This document shows positions 52,912-63,464 of a stretch of 64,000 nt of DNA, one piece after another. The stretch's first letter is position 1, and each line of letters starts with the position of its first letter. A program made the position numbers and the translations under genes. The notes under the pieces were generated by a model. It did no database searches, was not told the origin of the DNA, and worked only from the letters and a program-made list of their open reading frames with translations. Source of the stretch: Calditrichia bacterium (GTDB taxonomy: Bacteria > Calditrichota > Calditrichia > JAJRVZ01); NCBI GenBank assembly GCA_963777955.1, contig CAVZSQ010000022.1:544001-608000 (forward strand), written 5' to 3'.

Positions 52912-53333
52912 AAGTGCTGGTCGATACCTGTATCTGGTCGTTAGCCTTGAGACGCCGCGGGCCTAAGACGGCGGTGTCCTCAACTGATCAGACAAATATT
53001 GCCGAACTCGGTAATCTGATAAAAGATGTGCGTGTGCAGTTGATCGGTCCGATCCGCCAGGAGATTCTTTCCGGTATTAAATCAAACAAGCAATTCGAAA
53101 TTCTGCGGGCCTATCTACGTTCTTTCCCGGATTATTATATACAACGTGAGGATTATGAACAGGCAGCGGATTTTTTTAATACTTGCAGAAATAGAGGCTT
53201 TTCGGGATCAAACACAGACTTTTTAATTTGTGCAATAGCCTTTAATAATAATTGGCCGATATTCACTGTGGATGAAGATTTCTCACACTTCAGTAAAGTA
53301 GTTCCGGTAAGAATCTATAAACAAAAAGAATAG
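52908..53333 (+). CDS. vapC: PIN-domain toxin VapC
   Basis: VLVDTCIW, QEILSG, TDFLICA, IFTVDEDF. Confidence 0.9.
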   Translation: MKVLVDTCIWSLALRRRGPKTAVSSTDQTNIAELGNLIKDVRVQLIGPIRQEILSGIKSNKQFEILRAYLRSFPDYYIQREDYEQAADFFNTCRNRGFSGSNTDFLICAIAFNNNWPIFTVDEDFSHFSKVVPVRIYKQKE

Positions 53334-53425
53334 TTATTCTATGTCTTTACTCACTGAAATTGGCTAGACTTATTTTGTGTTCATAAAAATAATTATTAAC
53401 CGGGAAAACAACCAAGGAACCAACC

Positions 53426-54478
53426 ATGCACAAATTCAAGCAGATCACGCTTATATATTTCACCCTTCTAAGTTTCACATACACCTTCGCCCAGGAAATT
53501 CTTGAATATCAGGTTAATAAAATAAATACTCCTTTGGTTATTGACGGTAATCTCGATGAACAGGAATGGATATCGGCAGAGCCGACCGCTGATTTTGTCA
53601 TATTAGGATCCTCTGCAATTCCACTGACCCAGACCTGGGCTAAATTATTATGGGATAATACTTATATCTATGTCGGATTTTATTGCCAGGATACGACGAT
53701 CTGGGCAACCTATAATCATCGTGATAACGAGTTATGGCAGGAGGATGCCGTGGAGATATATTTCGATCCGGACGGGGACGGGCTGAATTATATCGAACTG
53801 GAAGTCAATCCGCTGAACGCCATCTTCGATTTATGGATGAACAAACCATGGGGTCAACCGGGGGTGATTTCACACAAAGAATGGAATTTCAATGATATTT
53901 CGACCGCGGTAACGGTGCAGGGTACCGTGGCCTACAATTCCGATCGTGACACCGCCTGGGTTTGTGAAATGGCCTTGCCATTTGCCGAGATGCAATTCTG
54001 CGCACCAACCATGAATTTCCCTCCGGCAGTGAATGATGTCTGGCGTTCCAACCTGTACCGCTTCGATCGGAAATCAACCAACGATCCGAATGGCGAGCCA
54101 ACCGGTTGGAATCAAACCAGCGGGGGACAACATGAACCTGATAAGTTCGGTAGAATTGTCTTTGCCGACAGCACTGCCAGTGATATTATAGTGTCTTATA
54201 ACGAACATTCCCCTGGACAATTTATTCTGTATCAGAATTACCCGAATCCGTTTAATCCCGGCACTGCAATTAAATTTTACCTGCCAAAATCCGCGAATGT
54301 AAATCTGAAAATATACAATCTGCTTGGTCAGGAAATCACATCTGTCATGGCAGGCTATCAAACTGCGGGCGAACATGAAATTCACTGGACAGCTGAAAGC
54401 CTGCCGAGCGGTGTCTACCTGTACCGGTTAACCGCAGGTGAATTTTCGGCGGTTAAAAAATTGATATTGCAGAAGTAA
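53426..54478 (+). CDS. Secreted CBM9-like sugar-binding protein with Por/T9SS-type C-terminal sorting domain
   Basis: IDGNLDEQEW, LWD..YIYV, DAVEIYFDP, WRSNLYR; CTD QNYPNPFNP...SGVYLYRL...KKLILQK. Confidence 0.75.
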   Translation: MHKFKQITLIYFTLLSFTYTFAQEILEYQVNKINTPLVIDGNLDEQEWISAEPTADFVILGSSAIPLTQTWAKLLWDNTYIYVGFYCQDTTIWATYNHRDNELWQEDAVEIYFDPDGDGLNYIELEVNPLNAIFDLWMNKPWGQPGVISHKEWNFNDISTAVTVQGTVAYNSDRDTAWVCEMALPFAEMQFCAPTMNFPPAVNDVWRSNLYRFDRKSTNDPNGEPTGWNQTSGGQHEPDKFGRIVFADSTASDIIVSYNEHSPGQFILYQNYPNPFNPGTAIKFYLPKSANVNLKIYNLLGQEITSVMAGYQTAGEHEIHWTAESLPSGVYLYRLTAGEFSAVKKLILQK

Positions 54479-54769
54479 AATAGCGTCCTTTCTTCCCTGC
54501 CTGACAAATCTATGAATGTTAGCAATATCACAGATTTTACAATCTTTTATCCGTATCTTGGATATGATTTGAAAAAATGTATCTATCCGGGCAATAATTA
54601 TTCCAGGGATGTTATAACTGGATTGAGTCGCAGAAATTTTGTATCTTAAAAAGTTAAGTTGGTTTTATTATTCTGAAAATTTAACAGCAGGGGGAATCAA
54701 TAATCAAAAATCTAGGTCGATAATAAATTTGATGTTCAATTCAGATTATTAAATAAAGGAAGGTATTTT

Positions 54770-56688
54770 ATGAAGAAGATTTTTCGGAACTTATTGTTCC
54801 CGTTTATTGGTATCATGTCGCTTATCTGGTTTCTGGTCCGGGTTATTCCCAAGCCAAGCCGGGCCGCTTATCCCTGCATGCGGGTTGCCGCACCTATGGC
54901 ATCCACTTTTGTCATCTATTTAATAGGGCTTACTTCCTCGCTGTTTTTTCTGAAGAAAGCCAAAAAATACTTTCATGAAACAAGATACGTATTATTCCTG
55001 CTTATGCTGTTTTTCGGAATAAGTATATTCTTCTTCACCTCGGTGCATTCCGATAAGCAGGCCTATGCAATCAATCAGTCGACTCTGGAAGGTCCGAACG
55101 AGCCAATGGGTACAGGCAAAGGAATATATCCCGGCCGGGTAGTCTGGATCCATGATACCGATGCCACGGATGCAACCTGCGCTAATACCACCAATGATTA
55201 CTGGTATCAGGATAGCAATACCGATCAAACGGTGGTTAATACCATGCTGTCCGAAGGTTTGCAGAGAATGACCGACCAGACCTCCGATGCCGCCGCCTGG
55301 GATGCGATTTTTCATTATTATAATCAATCCCACGGTAAAGGGGATGTCGGGTATACAGCCGGTGAGAAAATCGTCATTAAAATTAATCTAAACGGTACAC
55401 CCGGTTCCGGCTGGCCGGCTGATAAAAATGTCAACACCTCTCCGCAGGTTTGTTATGCCATATTAGATCAACTGGTAAACGCGGCCGGGGTGGCCCAGGC
55501 CGACATCACTATCGGTGATCCGAATAAAAATCCAAACGATGCGACGTATAATAAAATTCACAATACATTCGCCAGTGTAAAAGTATGGGGCCGGGGAACA
55601 AGTCCTGTGCAGCCGGCCAGCAAAGTATTATACAGATCCGACGGGGGAGGTTCCGATTATGTACCCCAGGCGTACCTGGATGCGGCCTATATGATCAATA
55701 TCCCGGTGTTAAAGAAACACCATCGCGCCGGAATCTCGCTCACCGCTAAAAACCATTTTGGTTCCATAACACCATTCAGCGGCGATGCTTTTCATATGCA
55801 TTACAGTTTGCCCATGCCCGATCCGACCCTGGGCAGTGAAGGCTGGCAGCATCCCAATGGCGATTACGGTGTTTACCGCTGTTTTGTGGATATTACCGGG
55901 CATAAAGATCTGGGCGGCAAGACGATTCTCTATCTCATCGATGGATTGTGGGGATCCATCAACTGGGGACATCCGCCAATCAAATGGCGTATGACACCGT
56001 TTAATAATGACTGGCCCAATTCGCTGTTCCTCTCGCAGGACGCGGTGGCCATCGAATCAGTGGGCTATGATTTCCTGATCTATGAATTTGATGAAAGCCA
56101 TCCTACCGAAGGTACATTGGATCCAATGGATGATGCGCATGGACCTTTCCCGCAATTTTCGGCCACGGAAGACTATTTACATCAAATGGCTGACTCATTG
56201 AATTGGCCGACAGGTTTAACCTATGATCCGGAAAACGATGGTGTAAATCTGCAGCGCAGTCTGGGTACCCATGAGCACTGGAATAATGCCGAAGAGAAAA
56301 AATACACCAGAAATCTGGGCGGGGATACCGGTATCGAACTGGTGACCAACATTGTTGACGCCATTGCTGATGACGCCACAGCAGGTCAGGTGATCACGGA
56401 TTTCGCCCTTTATCAGAATTATCCGAATCCTTTCAATGCCACTACCAATATATATTACACACTGGCAAAACCTGCCCAGGTTAATCTGAGTCTGCTATAA
56501 CGCCAGCGGACAGACTGGTCAGAATACTGGTCGATGGATACCAATCTGCCGGATCTCATCTGCAGAAATGGAACGGTTTAACCTCCAGCGGCGTATCGGC
56601 TGCCAGCGGAATCTATTTTTATAAAATTACGGTGCGCAACGATAACGGTTCGACCGAACAGGTCAAGAAGATGATCCTGAGTAAATAA
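54770..56688 (+). CDS. DUF362-domain protein with C-terminal sorting domain; frameshifts near 56490-56515
   Basis: PKPSRAAYPC, PGRVVW, IKIN, INIPVLKKH, KNHFG, DAVAIES; CTD QNYPNPFN continuing LVRILVDG...SGIYFYKI...KKMILSK* at 56688. Confidence 0.75.
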
Positions 56689-56790
56689 GATTTGAATTAA
56701 GTGCATTATAAATGAGGTAATGAGAACGTCAGAATAGCGAGACGTTCTCATTCTTCTTTTTCAGCAATATAGAATCCGCCGGGAGAACAG

Positions 56791-57507
56791 ATGGCAAAAA
56801 TAAAACAAGTGATTTCCATATACCCTGTAACCTTATACCTTATACCATTACTATTGCTATTCCTATTTACATCATGCGACAAGTCGACAGATCCGAAAGA
56901 AACCAAAGGCAGTATTACGGGTAAGGTCAGGTATGGCCAGACAGCCATACACCCTGCTTTCATTTTTTGCGGAGATAGTCTTTGGGCTACCACGGATGAA
57001 TCGGGATCATATTCGATCACCTCTGTCGATGAAGGCAGTATAAGTTTACTCTGCTCGGCGATAAATTACCGGGATACAACCAGCCAGGTACAGGTAAGCG
57101 GCGGCCAGACAGTCACACATGACTTTTATATGACCCCCGATACTTCTACCGGCTATGTTCGCGGAGAATTTCAGGATATAATTCTTTTTAATGACAGTCT
57201 GTTGCATCACCCCTCTATGGCCAACTGGGATGCCCAGCAGATCTGGCAGTCTTCCACCGGGGCTACCCTGATCAGCAAGTTTTTACAGTACGACGTGCCC
57301 AGAGCAAAGATATACCTGGACGGTACTCAGATATCCATAACCGACGATTGGGCTCAGTTTGCGTTTAAACTGCAAAGTGGTACATACCGGATTACCGGTA
57401 CCTGTGATGGATATTACGATGCATCTGAAACGGTTACGGTTTTGCCAGGGAAACTCGCTGATGCCGTTTATGTCACTTTTTTCATGATGCGTATATCGGA
57501 CACCTAA
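56791..57507 (+). CDS. Lipoprotein with carboxypeptidase-regulatory-like domains
   Basis: Lipobox FTSC, 'GSITGKV', 'TTDESGSY', 'GTYRIT'. Confidence 0.65.
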   Translation: MAKIKQVISIYPVTLYLIPLLLLFLFTSCDKSTDPKETKGSITGKVRYGQTAIHPAFIFCGDSLWATTDESGSYSITSVDEGSISLLCSAINYRDTTSQVQVSGGQTVTHDFYMTPDTSTGYVRGEFQDIILFNDSLLHHPSMANWDAQQIWQSSTGATLISKFLQYDVPRAKIYLDGTQISITDDWAQFAFKLQSGTYRITGTCDGYYDASETVTVLPGKLADAVYVTFFMMRISDT

Positions 57508-57549
57508 ATTAGTAATGAAATAATAGAAGTATTTTGGTTATATTTTATT

Positions 57550-57649
57550 AACGCAAAGGACGCAAAGGTAAACGCAAAGAGCGCAAAGTATATAAAATAA
57601 TGATTTTCTTTGCGCCCTCTGCGTTTATTACCTTAGCGTCCTTTGCGTT
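57550..57649. repeat. Inverted array of CGCAAAG short repeats
   Basis: 4x CGCAAAG followed by 4x CTTTGCG-like complementary copies, forming a long hairpin. Confidence 0.7.
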
Positions 57650-57806
57650 TTGTTTTTTTATCTATCCATTCGCTCCATATCCCTCTGTTCTTCAAGCCTT
57701 CAATTTCCACTCCTATCCAGTGTTCAAACCGTATTGGCATTATAATTGAACAGTACCAGTATTGGTTTTATAAATAATGCCGGTTAACAGGCAGGAGAGA
57801 GACAAA

Positions 57807-59525
57807 ATGAAGCCGTTGTATATGATAATCATTTATATTTTCACACATTCCCTCGCTTTTGCCCAGATTACTTTTTCTGAAATCATGTTCGATGTAGCCA
57901 CCGATGAAAACCATGATGAATTCGTGGAGATATATAATCTTTCCGATCTTGATTCAATTGATATCTCCGGCTGGCAGTTCAGCGACAGCAGCGACAGCGA
58001 TCTGATCCTTCCTTGCAGTAATGGCACAAAAATTCCCCCGCATTCATTTGCAGTTATCCTGGATGGAAGTTATTTCAATAATTCCAGCAGCTATGATGAC
58101 ATTATTCCTGACAGCGTCATGCTGCTGACCATCGATAATAGTACTTTTGGCAGCAGTGGCTTGTCCAATTCGAAGGGGGAATTACTTTCACTGACCGATG
58201 CCGCGGGCAATGTGCTGACCAGCTGTCGCTACAGCCCCGGTAATAAACCGGGTTATTCAGATGAAAAGGTATTGCTGGAGGGGGAAAATAGTACAGATAA
58301 CTGGCAGGATAGCCAGGTACCCGGCGGTACGCCGGGTTTCCATAATTCGGTATCACCCTGGTCGATAGATCTGGGTTTGCAGGAAGGTTCGCTAAAGATT
58401 CCGGACCTGTTGTTCGAAGAGGATTCAGTCACGATGGAAATTGAGATCTTTAACCTGGGACTGAAACCGGTGGAGGATACGATTAGTCGTATATCTTTTT
58501 ATCGATCAAAATGAAAATAATCTGCGTGATGCAGCTGATCGGCAGATTACTGAAAAAGTATTTTTTTATTCATCGATTAATAGTTCTACTGTACAGGTTA
58601 ACCTGGTACAATTTACCGGCCGGACAGCAGCACCTGGGAGTCGAAATCGCTTATGCAGCAGATGAAAATAAGAGTAATAATCTGCTGTTCCGTGATCTTG
58701 TAGTTTTAATGCAGCAGAATGTGCTGCACTTAAATGAAATCAAATTTCTGACCTTCGACGGGGAAGCAGAGTGGATTGAAATAATTAATACCGGACTAAA
58801 TCCAGTCTCGGTTGAATGGGTGGTGCCTGGCTGATCAACAGGATACCATCGAAATTGATTCTCTGGTCAATTTATATCCGCAGCAAATGAAAGTGCTGTG
58901 TTCCGGATTTATTTCAGACAGGTATGATCTGGCTGATAGCCTGGTAATTGTTTTACCGAAATTTCTGAATTTGAATAATGATGAGGATGATCTGACTCTA
59001 CTGGAACCGGGCGGGAGGTGGCTGGAACGGTTGCATTACGAGGCAGAGTGGCTGCAGGATGAAGATCTGCGGCGGCAGGTGAGTTTAGAGCGAATCAATC
59101 CTTTATTATCTGAAAATAAACAGGAGAACTGGGGGCCCTCGGTTGCGGTCGAGGGTGCAACTCCGGCGGCAATCAATAGTATTTATTCGCCGGTAAAACG
59201 CGGCCGGCAGCAGATTACAGTATCTCCCAATCCATTTTCTCCGGACGAGGATGGTTATCAGGATGTGGCCATAATCAGCGGGGAACTACCCGAAACCAGC
59301 GCCCGGATCCGGGTACAGATTTTTGATCTGAAAGGCCGACTGATCCGGACCCTGCAGGAAAATCGTTTCAGCGGACGCTATTTCAACCTGGCCTGGGATG
59401 GCAAAGACGGTTCAGGCCGCCTGGCCCGGATCGGCATCTATATAATTTTCATGCAGATGTTTAATGAAGGAGCCGGCGTGCTGCGGGAAATGAAGACAAC
59501 TGTAGTGTTAGCGCATAAGTTATAG
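57807..59525 (+). CDS. Secreted lamin-tail-domain protein with FlgD-Ig-like C-terminal domain, multiple frameshifts
   Basis: ITFSEIMFD..DEFVEIYN..DISGW, GTPG..NS, second LNEI..EWIEIIN unit, SLERI, PNPFSPD..WDGKD..GIYII. Confidence 0.75.
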
Positions 59526-60030
59526 GGACAAAGGTCGGAGGTCAGAGACCGGAGACCTGCCGTAAGGCAGGGACAAAGGGACAAAGGGACAAAGGGACAA
59601 AGGGACAAAGAGGTGACAAAGGGACAAAGGGACAAAGGGACAAATAAAAGATTATATCAAAAGTAATTAATAATCAAGAACGATTTTGTAGGGGCGCATG
59701 GCCATGCGCCCATGATGCCGGAGGCATCAAATATTTGTAGTAATGGAGAAATCTCCAATAATATGGAGACCCCGGAGGGGTCGAACAAGTTTGAGAATGG
59801 CTTACAAGATTTATCCCGGTATTAAAAATCAGTAACCCCAATCTTTAGATTGCGTGAATCGCATAACAATCGAAGCCGGTAGCCGCATTCTTCAGATTGC
59901 GTGGTTTTTAATGTCAGCAGAATATCGGTAGCCGCAACTCTTGAGTTGCGGGTTATTTTTACATTACTGGCAGATGTATATCCGCCTTTTAGTTTCTTGC
60001 TCACTAGCCACTATCTTCAGATAGTGGAGT
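59525..60030. repeat. GGGACAAA tandem repeat plus GTAG REP-like palindrome cluster
   Basis: ~9 copies of GGGACAAA 59570-59644; GTAGGGGCGCATGGCCATGCGCCC 59688; GTAGCCGCATTCTTCAGATTGCG 59879; GTAGCCGCAACTCTTGAGTTGCGG 59928-59951. Confidence 0.8.
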
Positions 60031-60141
60031 ATGGAATCACCTAATATCCTATGGCTTTAGCCATCAACATTGCTTTTGAACAAAGCACATGCTAAATTTT
60101 TGACAGTCGATTTGACATTTGTATCATCAGGAGACCAGATC

Positions 60142-61773
60142 ATGAGTAATGCCTACTTTAAAGTGCCCGTTCCTTACAATGAACCGATTAAATCTTATCT
60201 CCCGGGATCTCCGGAGCGAACCGAATTAAAAAAGAAATTGACGAAAATGCAGGCCGAGACTGTTGAAATTCCGCTGATCATCGGCGGGCAGGAGGTCAGG
60301 AGCGGTAATACCGCCGAAATCCGCGCACCGCACAATCATAAAATAAAACTGGGTATCTATCATAAGGCCGCTGACAAAGAAGTTAAAATGGCTGTCGCTG
60401 CAGCGTTAAGTGCCCGCAAGGCCTGGTCAGAAATGCCCTGGGAACAGCGTGTGGCTATTTTCCTGAAAGCAGCCGATCTGCTGGCGGGAGTCCTGGCGCA
60501 GTACTCTGAATGCCGCGACCATGCTGGGTCAGTCGAAAACCGTGTACCAGGCGGAAATTGATTCGGCCGCGGAATTGATCGATTTCTGGCGTTATAATTC
60601 ATACTATCTGACCCAACTGATCAGCGACCAACCTTACTCGCCGCCGGGGACCTGGAATCGCCTGGAATACAGGGCCCTGGAAGGATTTATTTTCGCCGTT
60701 ACTCCATTCAATTTCACTTCCATTGCCGGCAATCTGCCAACGGCACCAGCCATGGCAGGAAATGTCGTATTGTGGAAGCCGGCCTCCAGTGCAGTTTATT
60801 CGGCGTACTTCTTAATGAAATTATGGGCTGAAGCAGGTTTGCCTGCCGGGGTGATCAATTTCATACCCGGCGCAGGGGGACAGGTTGGCAACCCGGTGCT
60901 GAGCAGCCCCGATCTGGCCGGGATTCATTTTACCGGTTCCACAGAGGTTTTTCAGAATATGTGGAAAACTGTCGGAAATAATATATCCAAAATGAAATAC
61001 TATCCCCGTATTGTCGGTGAAACCGGTGGCAAGGATTTCATTTTCGCCCATCCCTCGGCTGACCTGCCGGCACTGGTGGTGGCCGTATTGCGCGGAGCCT
61101 TCGAGTATCAGGGACAAAAATGCTCAGCAGCTTCCCGCGCATACATTCCCCAGTCCCTATGGCCGCAGTTTAAAAAAATGTATGTAGCCGAAGTAAAGAA
61201 AATTAAAATGGGGGATATCAGCGATTTTAAAAATTTCATGGGCGCGGTCATCGACCGGGAGCTTATGACAGTATAAAAGCCTATATAGATTTTGCCAGGA
61301 ACTCCCGGGAAGCAGAAATTATTACCGGCGGTAAATGCGCTGCCAGCAAAGGATTTTTCATCGAACCGACCACGATTGTCACCACCAATCCGAAATTCAA
61401 AACCATGCAGGAGGAGATCTTCGGGCCGGTTATGACCATCTATGTGTATGAAGATGATAAACTGCCGGAAACGATTAAACTGTGTGATGAAACCTCCCCG
61501 TATGCTTTAACCGGAGCGATATTTGCCCAGGATCGTGCGGCGATTAATATGTTATCGAATGCGCTGCGCGATGCTGCCGGTAATTTTTATATCAATGATA
61601 AACCGACCGGTGCGGTGGTCGGGCAGCAACCCTTCGGCGGTGCCCGCGCTTCCGGCACTAATGACAAAGCCGGTAGCGCCATGAACATCCTGCGCTGGAT
61701 GTCGGCCCGGGCCATCAAGGAAAATATGGTCCCGCCCCACGATTGGACGTATCCGTTTATGAAATCACAATAA
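60142..61773 (+). CDS. pruA: L-glutamate gamma-semialdehyde (P5C) dehydrogenase, frameshifts near 60490 and 61260
   Basis: NEPIKSY.PGSPER, EIDSAAELIDF, PFNFT, FTGS, GETGGK, FEYQGQKCSA, EEIFGP, NDKPTGAVVGQQPFGG. Confidence 0.93.
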
Positions 61774-61786
61774 TATCCGGGTTGTG

Positions 61787-61830
61787 GTAGGGGCGCGGTA
61801 ACCGCACCCCTACCACATCGCGTCTCTACG
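61787..61830. repeat. GTAG REP-like palindrome downstream of pruA
   Basis: GTAGGGGCGCGGTAACCGCACCCCTAC plus ATCGCGTCTCTAC. Confidence 0.65.
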
Positions 61831-62110
61831 ACATCACCAAAAATCCCCACGATTAAAATAATAATTAAATCGTATAACAATAAAATTTTCAATATGTTAT
61901 ACCAGGGTATAATTATAAATTAATCTGTATATTTAAGAACGACTGTAATTCTCATAAATACAATTAGTTAAGACCTAAAATATTTCCATCTTTCAAGTTG
62001 CTTTTACATTTGGCCAAACCTAAATTCTAATTTGGTCTTAACAAGGGTATGTGACTGTTTTTACAATGAATATGGATCTTAAAAATTATAGATAAATCAA
62101 GGAGGAATAG

Positions 62111-63424
62111 ATGGAACCGGTAAAAATAATAATTATGGGTGCAGCCGGGCGTGATTTTCATAATTTTAATGTACATTTTCGGAAAAATAAATTGTACCGG
62201 GTCGTAGCTTTCACGGCCACCCAGATTCCGAATATCAATGACCGCAAGTACCCGGCCGAGCTGGCGGGTGAATTATATCCCAATGGTATTCCTATTTTTG
62301 ATGAGCGTGAATTAGTCAATCTGATTAAACAACATGATATAGATGAAGTGGTTTTCTGTTACAGTGATGTACCGTATGAGTATGTGATGAGCCGTTCGGC
62401 GATGGTCAACGCGGCCGGAGCCGATTTTAAATTTATGGGTCCAAAGCAGACCATGCTGAAAAGCCGCAAACCGGTGATAGCTATTTGCGCCGTACGCACC
62501 GGCAGCGGTAAAAGTCAGACTACCCGCCGGATCAGCGGTCTGTTGCGGAAAGCAGGCAAGAGGGTGGCTGCGGTACGGCACCCTATGCCTTACGGCGACC
62601 TGGTAGAACAAAAGGTACAGAAATTTTCCCGCCTGGAAGATCTGGATTTTTATAAATGCACCATCGAAGAACGGGAAGAATATGAACCGCACATCGTCAG
62701 CGGTACGACGGTCTTTGCCGGTGTGGATTATGAAGCCATTCTGCGTGAAGCCGAAAAGGAATCAGACTTTATTTTATGGGATGGCGGGAATAATGATCTG
62801 CCTTTTTATAAGCCGGATTTGCATGTGGTAGTGGTAGATCCGCACCGCCCCGGGGATGAATTATCTTATTATCCTGGTGAAACTAATCTGCGCATGGCCG
62901 ATGTGGTGATCATCAATAAAATAGATACGGCTGATCTGCAAAATATCCAGCAGGTGCGCGACAATATCCGCCTGGTTAATCCGGGAGCGATGATCATTGA
63001 CGCTGCTTCCCCTATCTTTGTAGAAAATTATGAAACCATTCGCGGCAAACGGGTACTGGTGGTCGAGGATGGACCGACACTGACCCATGGGGAAATGACC
63101 TATGGAGCCGGCGTGGTAGCAGCATGGAAATTCGGCGCCAGTGAATTAATTGATCCCCGTCCGTTTATCGTCGGTACAATTAAAGATACTTTCAAGCAGT
63201 ATCCCGATATCGGGACACTGTTACCGGCAATGGGTTACGGCAATAAACAGGTTCGTGATCTGGAAAAGACAATTAATAACTCCGATGCCGAGGTGGTGAT
63301 TATCGGTACCCCGATCGATTTGCGTAAGATCCTGAACATCAATAAACCGGCGGTACGGGTCTATTATGAATTAGAGGAAATTGGCAGACCAGACCTGAAT
63401 GATGCCTTGAAAAAATTAATATAA
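62111..63424 (+). CDS. P-loop ATPase of the cyclic-2,3-diphosphoglycerate-synthetase/'GTPase' family, probable arginine synthetase (ArcE-like)
   Basis: MGAAGRDFHNFN, VRTGSGKSQT P-loop, RHPMPYG, IEEREEYE, WDGGNND, EDGPTLTHG, LPAMGY; immediately upstream of carbamate kinase. Confidence 0.75.
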   Translation: MEPVKIIIMGAAGRDFHNFNVHFRKNKLYRVVAFTATQIPNINDRKYPAELAGELYPNGIPIFDERELVNLIKQHDIDEVVFCYSDVPYEYVMSRSAMVNAAGADFKFMGPKQTMLKSRKPVIAICAVRTGSGKSQTTRRISGLLRKAGKRVAAVRHPMPYGDLVEQKVQKFSRLEDLDFYKCTIEEREEYEPHIVSGTTVFAGVDYEAILREAEKESDFILWDGGNNDLPFYKPDLHVVVVDPHRPGDELSYYPGETNLRMADVVIINKIDTADLQNIQQVRDNIRLVNPGAMIIDAASPIFVENYETIRGKRVLVVEDGPTLTHGEMTYGAGVVAAWKFGASELIDPRPFIVGTIKDTFKQYPDIGTLLPAMGYGNKQVRDLEKTINNSDAEVVIIGTPIDLRKILNINKPAVRVYYELEEIGRPDLNDALKKLI

Positions 63425-63464
63425 ATACATAAATTCAAATTTCAGGTATCCATGACGGAGTGAA

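Noticed and set aside
49921..59525. Integron cassette array
   Set aside because: No intI and no repeated attC-like RYYYAAC...GTTRRRY structures recognised between the genes.
59570..59644. Tandem repeat as a CRISPR array
   Set aside because: 8-bp units without unique spacers; no cas genes in the window.
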